Shown in pieces: positions 29,441 to 41,400 of a stretch of DNA of 64,000 bases. The position numbers and the translations under genes are program-made. Position 1 is the first letter of the stretch, and the number at the start of each line of letters is the position of its first letter. Source of the stretch: Owenia fusiformis (lineage: Eukaryota); contig CAIIXF020000001.1 in the NCBI GenBank assembly GCA_903813345.2, positions 40,114,001 through 40,178,000 of the forward strand, given 5' to 3'. Below the pieces are notes generated by a model that was not told the origin of the DNA, did not search any database, and saw only the letters and a program-made list of their open reading frames with translations.

Positions 29441-32400
29441 ATGGCAAGCTCTTTTCTCCACACAGGCTGGAAGAAAGGTGAAAAGAATGGAACTCCACCA
29501 CCCGAAGAGAACAAACCAGTTGGTGAAAAGAATGGAACCCCATCACCTAAAGAGGATACAGCTCATGGTAAAAGTGACAATGCTAAAGCACAACCAGAAC
29601 TTACACCACTCTCTGTCCTGGCTGCTCCCAAAAATTCCAATGAACCTGAGAAGTCAGAACCAGTTTATGATACCAAGCTACCTGTAGGAGATATAGCTAA
29701 AAGGTTTAAACATGCTGAAGCTCGGGCTGCAGAACAAAATGGGGACAAGGGGATATATGAAGCAAGGGTTGATTTGGCTTTAGAGGATAATCCTAATTCA
29801 CCAATGAATGGTTCTAGTCAAAGTGTGAATGAACCTGTATATGAGATTTATGACACCGCTGGACGGGAAGATTCCAATCAAAGGGAAAGACCAGGTTCAA
29901 TGGAAAGCCCTGTTAAAAGGGGAGTGAAGGATATAATAAGGAACATTGAAAAGAGTAAATCACTTGAACATGTACCATCCACAGAGGCTGATAGCACTGG
30001 GGATAAACTTACTCATAGCAAAAGTGAAATTATTCTGGATGAACAATCCTTCAATCAAATGTCAAATCTAGCCAGGGATAAACGAATAGGGAGAAGAGGA
30101 AAGGAAAACTCAAAATCCCCAGTGGGCACTCTAAATCGTGATAACCATGAAGCTCAGACTGATGAACCTCTGTATGCTTCAGTTGAAAAAGAGAAAAACG
30201 CAGGAGATGCTGATGAGGATATCTATGACAATGTGTACATCCCTGGTGTGTCAGATAGTGGAGTGTTCAGTAAAGAGAAGACACCAGAGAACCTGGTGGA
30301 TGATGATGAATGGAGGAAGAAGAGCACTGTATATGTTGATGAGAGCCCTATCAGTGATCAAATCAAAGACTATGAGACATTATATGATTCTGTCACACGA
30401 GCACCTGTTGGCTACAGTACTACAAGTGTTCGGCAGAAAGGTAAGTAACCACCTAATTGAACTCTTGCATCATTTAAAAGAAAAATGTTGCTTACAAGTT
30501 GTGAGTGTCACCCAAAACATAGTTCATCTTATTCAAATGTTCATGTACACAGGCCCGTAGCCTGGCCAAATATTCTTTAAAAATCATGCAGTTTTCACCA
30601 TTTTGAGCACTTCTCAAGTGATTTTAGCCATATTTGGGCCAAAATGTGAACCCCACCCTGGAAATTTTTGAAAACTGAACCCCCCCCCCCCCCCCCCTTT
30701 GCAAATCCTGGCTACGGGCCTGGTACAGCTGTAGTTTTGACTAGGCCCTCATAATAGAGAGAACTGTGAACATGTTTTACTTGACAATAAAATGGGTCTG
30801 AAGGAATAGATATTGTTGTCAAATTCATCTTATTTCCCTTCAGAATGCTCTTTTGATTGCTCTTTTTTCTTCCAACGTTAAGTCTAATTGGAAACATACT
30901 TTTCAAAGATGACAGAAACAACTTTTACAACTGAGGAATGTGTAGTGTCTTGTATTTTGAAATTTTGAAGACTTTGAGATATTTCAAATTCTTAAAAGGA
31001 ATGAATATTCTCGATTTAAGTGATTTGACATTGTTTTTTATACATTTGCATGGTAAAAGTCAAGTTAACCACATACAACTCATTGACATCATTTTAAAAG
31101 AACAAAATATAAGTTGTTGTGCTCGGCTAGATTTTTCAGTTGGAGGATGAGATAGAGAAATCACTATGACATTTAAATGATCAATTTTAGATTGGTTGCT
31201 GTAACCGGTGAACTCAAAATAAAAAGATGTTCACTTGTGTATCTGTCTCCGTATCACTTCCTAGCGCTATTTATTTATTATCACTATGATCATTTCTGTC
31301 CTGTCAAAATATTGAAAAGAATGGATTTGAAATAAATATGAAATGGACTTTTAGCATTTTTCATGAAAGTTCAGATAGTGTTTTTAATGTCAATGATGCT
31401 GTCCCCAGCTCCGATTTCGGTGATCGGCTAGTAAAAAAGGTTTGAGGGCATCATTTTGTTCTAGACACTCGCTAGAGTAAATTATCCTAACTTGAGTAAA
31501 AATGTGTGGTAAGTGAATTCGCTATGGGCAGTTAGAGAGGCGCCATCTATTCATTTTCAAACAGGGGGTAGGGGTATAAAATAATTTTTTATCACATTTT
31601 AATAGTAAAATGACATTGAAATACTAATAAAATCTTATCAGAAACATTATTTACAATCAGTATGAATTTTCTTGTGTGGATTAGGGTGAAAATAAGGGCA
31701 TATTTTGAAATTCACTACAGGGGCACCACCTATTTTCGTACTTCTACCACATGTAATAAGTTATTTTAGATTCGTTAAGGTACGAAGTGTACTGAAAAAA
31801 TTCATTCTAAAGGACCTATATATGTTCATACCACATACTTAAAATTTGATCAATAGCTTTTGTACCTGGGGAGAAAAAAATTCTTGAAATTTAAAATTGT
31901 GGCATCATGCAGGATAGGGGTGACCATATCTCACATGATTAACTTCCAAAATATGGAGCATATGTATCTCAAATGTACTCAAAATGGTGTATGTACTCTT
32001 GCTTTGTCATAATATTACTAATAAGAAGTAGAAAAATGATTGTACAATTTAAAAAAATATAAATTCTCATTTTGGCTTCTGACGTCCCAGGGGTGACCAT
32101 ATCTCACCTTAATAACTTCCAAAATATGGAGCATATGTATCTCAAATGTGCTCAAAATGGTGTATGTACTCTTGCTTTGTCATAATATTACTAATAAGAA
32201 GTAGAAAAATGATTGTACATTTAAAAAAATATTAATTCTCATTTTGGCTTCTGAAGTTCCAGGGGTGACCATATCTCACCTTAATATCTTCCAAAATATG
32301 GAGCATTTGTATCTCAAATGTGCTCAAAATGGTGTATGTACTCTTGCTTTGTCATAATATTACTAATAAGAAGTAGAAAAATGATTGTACAATTTAAAAA

Positions 32401-35400
32401 ATATTAATTCTTATTTTGGCTTCTGACGTTCCAGGGGTGACCATATCTCACCTTAATAACTTCCAAAATATGGAGCATTTGTATCTCAAATATGCTCAAA
32501 ATGGTATATATAGTCTTGCCTTGTCATAATATTACTAATAAGATGTAGAGAAATGATTGTACATTTTAAAAATATTAATTTTCATTTTAGCTTCCGACGT
32601 TCCAGGGATGACCACTGACCATATCTCACCTTAATAACTTCCAAAATATGGAACATATGTATCTCAAATGTACTCAAAGTGGTGTATATAGTCTTGTCTT
32701 GTCATAATATTACTAATAAGATGTAGGAAAATGATTGCACATTTTTAAAAATATTAATTCTCATTTTGGCTTCTGACGTCCCAGGGGTGACCATATCTCA
32801 CCTTAATAACTTCCAAAATATGGAGCATATGTATCTCAAATGTACTCAAAATGGTGTATGTACTCTTGCTTTGTCATAATATTATAATAATAAGAAGATT
32901 ATACATTTAAAAGATTTTAATTTTAGCTTCTGACATCCCTCAATAACTTGTAAAATTATGTAACATATATATATATCTTTTATTGACTCTTTAGATGTCA
33001 TATCAATGACATATTAGTCACTAAGGTAGAGCAGTTCTTCCCATTGTCGAGTTGAAGAACTGGTATCTTTATCCTGGCTAGAACCATAGACAATTCTAGC
33101 CAGCGCCAGCCTTTTATCGAGTTAGCAGCACTCTAGTAATCGCCGGTACAGGTCAGCAGTCATAGGTCAAAGACAAATCACAAGAAGTGCTGTGACCTGG
33201 GTTTGAACCCAAGACCTCTACTTTTTCAGCCTGAAGCCAGACTTCCTGCTTTTCAGACCAATGCCTTAACCACTAGGCCAACCCGGCAACCACAATATAT
33301 AATATTTAGAGGTTATGTCACTATGACGTGAAATATGCCTGAGTTCTCCCAATATAGGCCGACCTTGGGAGGCTCTATATTTGGGCAAGAACGAAGGCAT
33401 ATTTCACGTCATAGTGACATAACTGATGTATTACATGCTTTTGTTCCCATGGTTACTTTGTATCAATGACGTGACGTCATGATATTATCATGGTTATTAA
33501 AGAAATCTAATATCAAAACGAGGTAAGCGGGCTATATCGGGGTAATCGGGCAATATCGGTGAATATAGCTCGCTAACTTTCCCATTGACTTCCATACAAA
33601 TGCTTCGCTAGGTATGTAATACATCAATATATACAACTCAAATATACCAAAAATGGGGCACATGGTCTTGCTTTGTCATAATATTATTCATGAGATGTAG
33701 AAAAAATTATTACACCTTTTTTTAATTGAAATTTTCATTTTAGCTTCCGAATCTGACATCCCAGGGGCAACTATATCTCACCTTGATATAACTCTCACGA
33801 TATGCAACATATGCATCTCAAATGCGTGCCCAAAATGGTATAAATATAGTCTTGTTTTGTCATATTTATTGAGATTCATGAAATCAGAAGTTCAGAATTT
33901 ATGGATTGGACTGTCTCCCCTGCAGGCTTCAGCTACATATAGTCCAGAGACATTAAGATCTTCTCCCCAAACACTCCTTATATTACAGGAACAATGGACG
34001 ATAAGTCTTTTTCATGCCTTGGATGCAACATCTTTTGTATACTGGTAGCCTATCAGTAGTGTGAGTAGCCTAGCCTCATTTACCAAAATTGGCCCCTTAA
34101 CCCCAAATCTGACCCGAAATTTTGAAAATATCCTGAAAAATTAGGCCTAAAAGGCGCATTTATGCCCAAACATATACCAAACTGTCCCACTGCTAAATTA
34201 CAAGGGCGATAAGTCTCTTCTAATCCTGATTGACATTCTCTAGTTTGCATGGTTTGTCATGTTGTGCTATATTGTTATTGCCCAATCTCAACAATTGTAT
34301 TCACTGTATGGCCTACTGTGCCAAGAATAATGCAATTGTTCCAAAAGCTAAGCTCTTCTTTGGGACCCTAGAAGTTTGGGACATCACAATCATAGATTAA
34401 TATTTCATTACAATCAATGTATGTTGTATGACAAACATGCAAACTAGAATGTTAATGTGGCTAGAAAGATTTATCATTACAAAGAGCTCCTTTTCCCGTA
34501 TTTTACATACTCAAAATCCCTTAATTCAGTGTATAATCCAAGGTGCATATATTGCAGGCCACAGGATAACATATTAACACCTTACATTAGCAGTTGCCAT
34601 TACTTCATGAATGGAGTAAAGTACTCCCACTATTGACAGGCTAAAAGGATTCCTGTATGGATTACAAAAGATGTTGGGTCCAAGGTATGCAAGGGAATAA
34701 TCTCATCCATTGTACTTGTAAAGGGTGTTTGGGGAGCAGATGCAAATATTTGAAAGCAGATATTATTTGCCCTGAATTATATGTAGCTGTAGAGGAGACA
34801 GTCAAAATCCATTGATTCTGAACTGTTGATTTTATGATTCTCAATAAATATGACAAAACAAGACTATATTTATACCATTTTGAGCACACATTTGAGATGC
34901 ATACCGGTATGTTGCATATCGTGAGAGTTATCAAGGTGAGATAGCCCCTGGGACACCAGAGGCTAAAATTAAAATTTATAAAAAATGCAATCATTTTTCT
35001 ACATTTCATTAGTAATATGAAAAAGACAGGACTTTTCTGAGAATATTTGAGGATTATATGTTACATATCTTAGAAGTTATTATTATTATTATATGGTGCG
35101 ATATGATTACCCAGGAACGTAAGAAGCTAAAATTAAAATTTTTGAAATGTATAATCAGTTTTCTACTTCTTATTAGTAATATTATGAAAAAGCAAGAGTA
35201 CATACACCTTTTGAGTACATTTGAGATACATATGCTCCATATTTTGGAAGTTATAAAGGTGAGATATGGTCACCCCTGGGACGTCAGAAGCCAAAATGAG
35301 AATCAATATTTTTTAAAATGTACAATCATTTTTCTACTTCTTATTAGTAATATTATGACAAATCAAGAGTACATACACCATTTTGAGTACATTTGAGATA

Positions 35401-38400
35401 CATATGCTCCATATTTTGGAAGTTATAAAGGTGAGATATGGTCATCCCTGGGACGTCAGAAGCCAAAATGAGAATCAATATTTTTTAAAATGTACAATCA
35501 TTTTTCTACTTCTTATTAGTAATATTATGACAAAGCAAGAGTACATACACCATTTTGAGTACATTTGAGATACATATGCTCCATATTTTGGAAGTTATTA
35601 AGCTGAGATATGGTCACCCCTGGGACGTCAGAAGCCAAAATGAGAATTAATATTTTTTAAAATGTACAATCATTTTTCTACTTCTTATTAGTAATATTAT
35701 GACAAAGCAAGAGTACATACACCATTTTGAGTACATTTGAGATACATATGCTCCATATTTTGGAAGTTAATCATGTGAGATATGGTCACCCCTATCCTGC
35801 ATGATGCCACAATTTTAAATTTCAATAATTTTTTTCTCCGCCAGTACAAAAGCTATTGATCCAATTTTAAGTATGTGGTATGAACATATATAGATCCTTC
35901 AGAATGAATTTTTTCAGTACATTTTGTACCTTAACGAATCTAAAATAAGTTATTACACGTGGTAGAAGTATGAAAAAAGGTGGCGCCCCTGTAGTGAATT
36001 TCAAAATATGCCCTTATTTTCACCCTAATTCACTCAAGAAAATTCATACTGATTGTAAATAATGTTTTTGATAAGATTTTATTAGTATTTCAATGTCATT
36101 TTACTATTAAAATGTGTTAAAAATTATTTTATACCCCTACCCCCTGTTTGAAAATGAATAGATGGCGCCTCTTTAACTGCCCATAGCGAATTTACTTACC
36201 ACACATTTTTACTCAAGTTAGGATAATTTACTCTAGAGAGTGTCTGGAACAAAATGATGCCCTCAAACCTTTTTTACTAGCCGATCACCGAAATCGGAGC
36301 TGGGGACAGCATCACAAGGAACATTTTTTAATTCAAATATATGTTGATTATTGTGACAAAATTAGCAAATACATATATATCAATAATAAAACATAAATTT
36401 AGTTTGATGAAAAAGTTTTTTCAAGATTTGCCAGAGCAAGAATGCAAATGTTATGAAATGAATGACATCAGCCAGATATGCAATGAAAAATAAAAGTATT
36501 TTCTTTCACCTTGAAATAAAATTATATGTTTGCTACATATGAAAGTAAAAATGATTTTTGATAGACTATAAAAAAACTAGGAATTAAAATTTTCTCTCAC
36601 TTTAAAATAAAATGACACGTTTACGACATTCATGAAAGTAAACAAGTTCTCATGATCGATGTTAATAATGAGAATTCCGAATCTTTGCATATAAATTTTA
36701 TTCTTAAATACCTCAGGGTATCTAAGATCAGTTCCACAGATATAAAGTCAGTTTGTTTTTAGGCACTTTTTATTCTTAATGGATACATGTGATACTTACT
36801 GAAATAGTTTTGGTCTCTGGAAACTACAGTTTTCCTAAAAAGTTGAAATATTCCTGATATGTTTAATGTGGTGATTATCTATGTGTTATTCGCAACAGCT
36901 TTCAATTTATTAAATCAATTACAACATTTGTGAACTGCGCAACAAATATGATGTTCAATTTCCCACCATGCAGATCTAATGTTCTCACATCTGCAACAAG
37001 TACAATAACATAAATATTCACTCAAAAAATCAATGATGAGTATATTGATTAAATTGTCCTCAATATACTAGATAACTAATACAAGGTGAATTCAGCTGAT
37101 TAAAAATAGCAGAGTTATAAATTACCTGATATATTGAGAGACATATTTACTACTGAAAATCAAAGGATGAATCAATATAACATACAGTTCAAATTGACTG
37201 TGAGCTAAATTCAAAAGATATATATCAGTTATTGCCAATTATTTTGAATGGCATTATATGTTTATGACCGATCTTAATACTTTTACAGTGACTAAGAAGG
37301 AAGACTTTGAATCCAGCCAGACAGTAGTTTATGAAGACGTGAATAAAGATACAGACAGGGTCCAGTCAGACATAAGTTGGGGGTCATCAGAATTTGAGTC
37401 TTATTCAGAAAACGAGGATGATGCGATAAAGAGTCCAACATCTCCAATCAGTACAGATACCATTGAAAGCCACAGAGTGAAGCCAGGGGGAGTTAAAAGG
37501 GACAGGGCACCATCTGACCCTACCACTAATCAGGTATGTTTCAAGATTGAATACAGCTTTTATGATTAGTTAGATTTGGTATGATAGTAACTGCCAAGAA
37601 ATGTTTATGTTCATCTATCTAACATGTAAAAACATGTATCGCTACTGCAATATGGCTGAATGTCAAGGTGAAATGAAGCTATGCTTTAATTTAGTACTAG
37701 TGTAGTTACACATTCTACCCACTCCACCAATTTGACATATTTTTGTTTGAGAAAACTCAGAAGATTAAACTCAATGTTGTCTTTTCCTTCATACAAACAT
37801 ATATCATATAAATGCCTTCCGAATTTTAGAAAGCAATACTTAATTTAGAAAGGCTAATTCCTGCTGCCCAAAAAACATTTTGTAGTAACACATATTTTAC
37901 ATTTTACAGTTAAGCATATATTATATGTAGTATATAGTAGTCTAGTGTTAAATCATATATATTCTTTTTGTGTACTACACTTTCTTGTACCTGACCCTCA
38001 GGGGTGTGAATGTACTCAATAAATATTCTATCAAATTACAAAACAGTTGTGCAATATTTCACAATATTACATCAAGCAGAGTGTAAAGCATATGCAAGAA
38101 TGTTTTATTATCATTTGATATTCCAGAATGTGATTGAGAGACTATACCAGCTTGGGAAGTTGAAGGCAGGCTATAAGGGCAGTAAACGTGAGGCATACGA
38201 TAGTGAAGAGGGGGAGGACGAAAATCTCTACATGCATGTCAAGTTGAACCAAGAGAAACATCCTCCCCCTCTGCTACCTGCACCCCCACCCACTCTCAAC
38301 AGTCAACAGGTAAGAAAAGTCCTGCCCCTCTGCAACCCCCCCCCACCCACAAAGTGTTGAACATAATTGAAATAAGAAGACATCCATACTGTAAAAGTGG

Positions 38401-41400
38401 TATTTAATCCGAGTGGTTAATTTGCTGAATGGTCAAATTTTATCATTTTCCTAGTTTTAATTTTCTTAACCACAAAAAAACTTCCCATTTGATAACATTA
38501 TGAAGATAATATTTCCAACATTTAATTTTCCAAACCTGGCAAAAATTAGGGAATAAGCAAATTAAATGATAAGGCAAAATTACCACTTATACAGTATTTA
38601 ACATTTTAAGACCTTACACTGAACTAACTTGAATTACATTTCCTGTACATATTCATATTTATTTTATCATTAAATCATTTCATTGTTTCAGTTAAAACGT
38701 AGACACATAGTTGCATCAGTTGTGGAAAGTGAGAATTCCTATGTGTCGTCACTGAGGAGGTTGGTTGAGGTAAGGACAGTGTTATTAACTCCTTTAAAAA
38801 GTAAATCATAGCAATTAGGTATTAATTATTCTGTCAAATATCTTTGCTTAATTATTCAGAAAGGTATGATTCTTGAGTTGCTACCACTAGACTTGTTTCA
38901 AACCTTTAAGCAGGGGATTTATATTCCAAGTTATTAAAGGCATTTCTGTAAGAATTTTGAGTAAGAATCTAATTCTAGAATTTCAAATCAGGTGCAGCGT
39001 GACCTAATACTACATACCAAATAGTGTAATTATATATCACATCTTGGAAAAGTTCAGTAGAAGGGGTAAAAGATTGAAATGGCTGTATGATGAATCATAC
39101 AATTTTTATTTCATGTAATTAATTCATGTTTAATGCATTGAAAGCCAGTGTTCATTTCTAGCGTGAAGGTTTAAGGACAAAATTCATACTATTGGTTCCC
39201 CAATTTTTTTAATTAATTTGAATTATATCCAGAGCTAATGAAGATGGATGTAAAAATATTTGTTCATTGAATCAATAGATGGTGGTGTAGTCAATCTAAC
39301 ATTGATTTACAAAAAGATTCCTATTATTTGGACTGTTCTACTATACAAGAATCATTAGACTACTATATATACAGTAAGTCAGGGAAAAGGCAAAGAAAAG
39401 CAAAATTGTTTTCCCTGAACTGGAAATGTAAAAAATGTGAGATTTGAGTTGAGCGTCAAAAAGGCCTAAACTTGTATGTGCTGTGCTGATCAAATCATCA
39501 TTGATTGACAACACCTCCATGTTATACTTTCATAGTCTGGTGAAAATATTTCATGACTAGGTGAGCAAGGGTCAAGAACCAAAATGTCAGAGAATTTCTA
39601 GGAGTTTTACTTTAAATTGACTGTTTTTGCTTTCAACATTTATATTGCATATCTACATTTGCATCTACAAACAGCTTAAAACCTTATTGTCATAAAATAG
39701 AATACTTCCACTAATCTTTACAAATGTTACACAGTGACTTCTTTTTGTGTATAAAATAGTTTTTATGGGTTCAAATTGACAGAGTTTTTTTTTAAATTGG
39801 TTAGATCAGCACATAAAACAACCAAGCTAAATATAACTTTCTCTTCAACACAAGATTTGATTGACAGCCCCATTGTTGCACCTTCCATATTTGGCATGAA
39901 ATTGATAACCTGTACTAAATGTCTAGGTCAAGCTGATCTGGTCACTCTCTAAGACAATTTAAAAATTTTGAATGAAATTGATCAATTTCATTGCTGCATT
40001 TCTCAGCCAAAACATATTTACACAAAAACTGACCTTTCAAATCATTTTTAGCTTTTTGAAATAAGTATGTTTGGGAGGTTTTTGATATGATCTTCTTTTA
40101 TTTGAAAGAGGTTTCAGGGCTCTCACCAGGAAATATTTAGGGTGTGGTGCTAGCATCTTCAGAATAACGATTCAATCGTGATAAATCATATTTATGTTAT
40201 GTTTTATCCTTTTTACATGCTATTATTGTATATTCAGTCAAGTTTAGACTGGAAACAGTCATGATTTGCCAATAGGGTGTGGAGGGAGCTAAATAGAGTG
40301 TGGTGCTGCGCCACAGTCTAAAAGCCTGGTGAGAGCCCTGGGTTTTAGCAGCAATTGAAGGACACTATTTGGTCACAGAATTTCCAAAGAAATTCCAAAA
40401 TTCGTGTTTCATTTGAAATGTATTGCCTGATGGTATAAATAGTTGTATCAGATGAACATGGCAATTTGTTCAATATTTAAGAAAAATGCAATCACTTTTT
40501 AATGAGCAGTAGCTACTCACTGTTTTTGACAGTTCCAATTATTAGAAACATGCACATATAATAACATTCATCATTGCCAAAAGGTTTTTATTATTGCACA
40601 TTTTTTAATCAAAATTTCACCACAATGTGAGTTTTTCATTGAAATATATTATATATTTACATACATTTTCAGGCCTGTCAACTGTCCCGCAATTTGCGTA
40701 TTTGTCACGCATTTGCTGAAGAATTTGAAGTCACGCCAGTTACTTTTGCGTGACAGAAAATGTCACGCAAATACGCATTTTACCTGGTAATTGTCAAGCA
40801 AAAATATTTCTGAAGAAAAATGTCTAAAAAAGATCGTCTACACAGCAAAAATACGAACGTCGGAAAAAAATGTACGCAAGATGTAATGAAATTTAAACCA
40901 AGGTGTTCAAAATTTGGATCAAGGTGTTCAGATTTGGACCAAGGTGTCCACATTTTGAGGGGAGGTGTTCAACATTTCCAAGTCACTCATGTTAGGTGTT
41001 CCCAAGTTGACAGGCCTGCATTTTTAACAATAATTTAGAATTTAAAATTAGTTACAATATTTGTTATGTCGCAATACTCAAGCATCATTAGAGATTCGTT
41101 TCATTAGACTATAGTTTTGTACTTGATTTCTCATAGTCACTTGACCTGGTTACCACAGAAGCAGACTCATTGTTCAGTCTCTTCATGCACAATTTCTTAG
41201 TTCTGCTTGATAAAATGAAGGAGAATAAGATGAAGACCCCTTGAAGAGTGTTACACACAATGAATAGAATAAAGAGGACCTGAGACTTGAGGAAACTGCC
41301 CAAGAATCCAAAGATCCATGTGAACCCCATAATGGATGTTAACTTTACATAAGCCAGAAATCTTGCCTTGTCACCATTTGAAGATGTAGCTTGTTTAGCC

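Larger units (their letters stand above)
31394..36314. mobile_element. ~4.9-kb foldback-type element with very long inverted arms containing ~172-bp tandem units
   Basis: TGATGCTGTCCCCAGCTCCGATTTCGGTGATCGG... at 31394, with its reverse complement ending at 36314 and CAA on both flanks. ~520 bp of unique, highly similar outer IR is followed by tandem units; the arms extend to ~33960 and from ~34760. No transposase ORF in the spacer. Confidence 0.92.

Noticed and set aside
33188..33287. Functional tRNA or tRNA-Sec gene
   Set aside because: The acceptor stem is mismatched, the anticodon arm is disrupted or duplicated, and the tRNA-Sec D-arm and acceptor features are absent.
31916..35792. 172-bp arrays as a CRISPR array, or as coding repeats (ORFs 35058, 35383, 34662)
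   Set aside because: Contiguous tandem units without unique spacers, eukaryotic context and no cas genes. The ORFs are chance products of the repeat.
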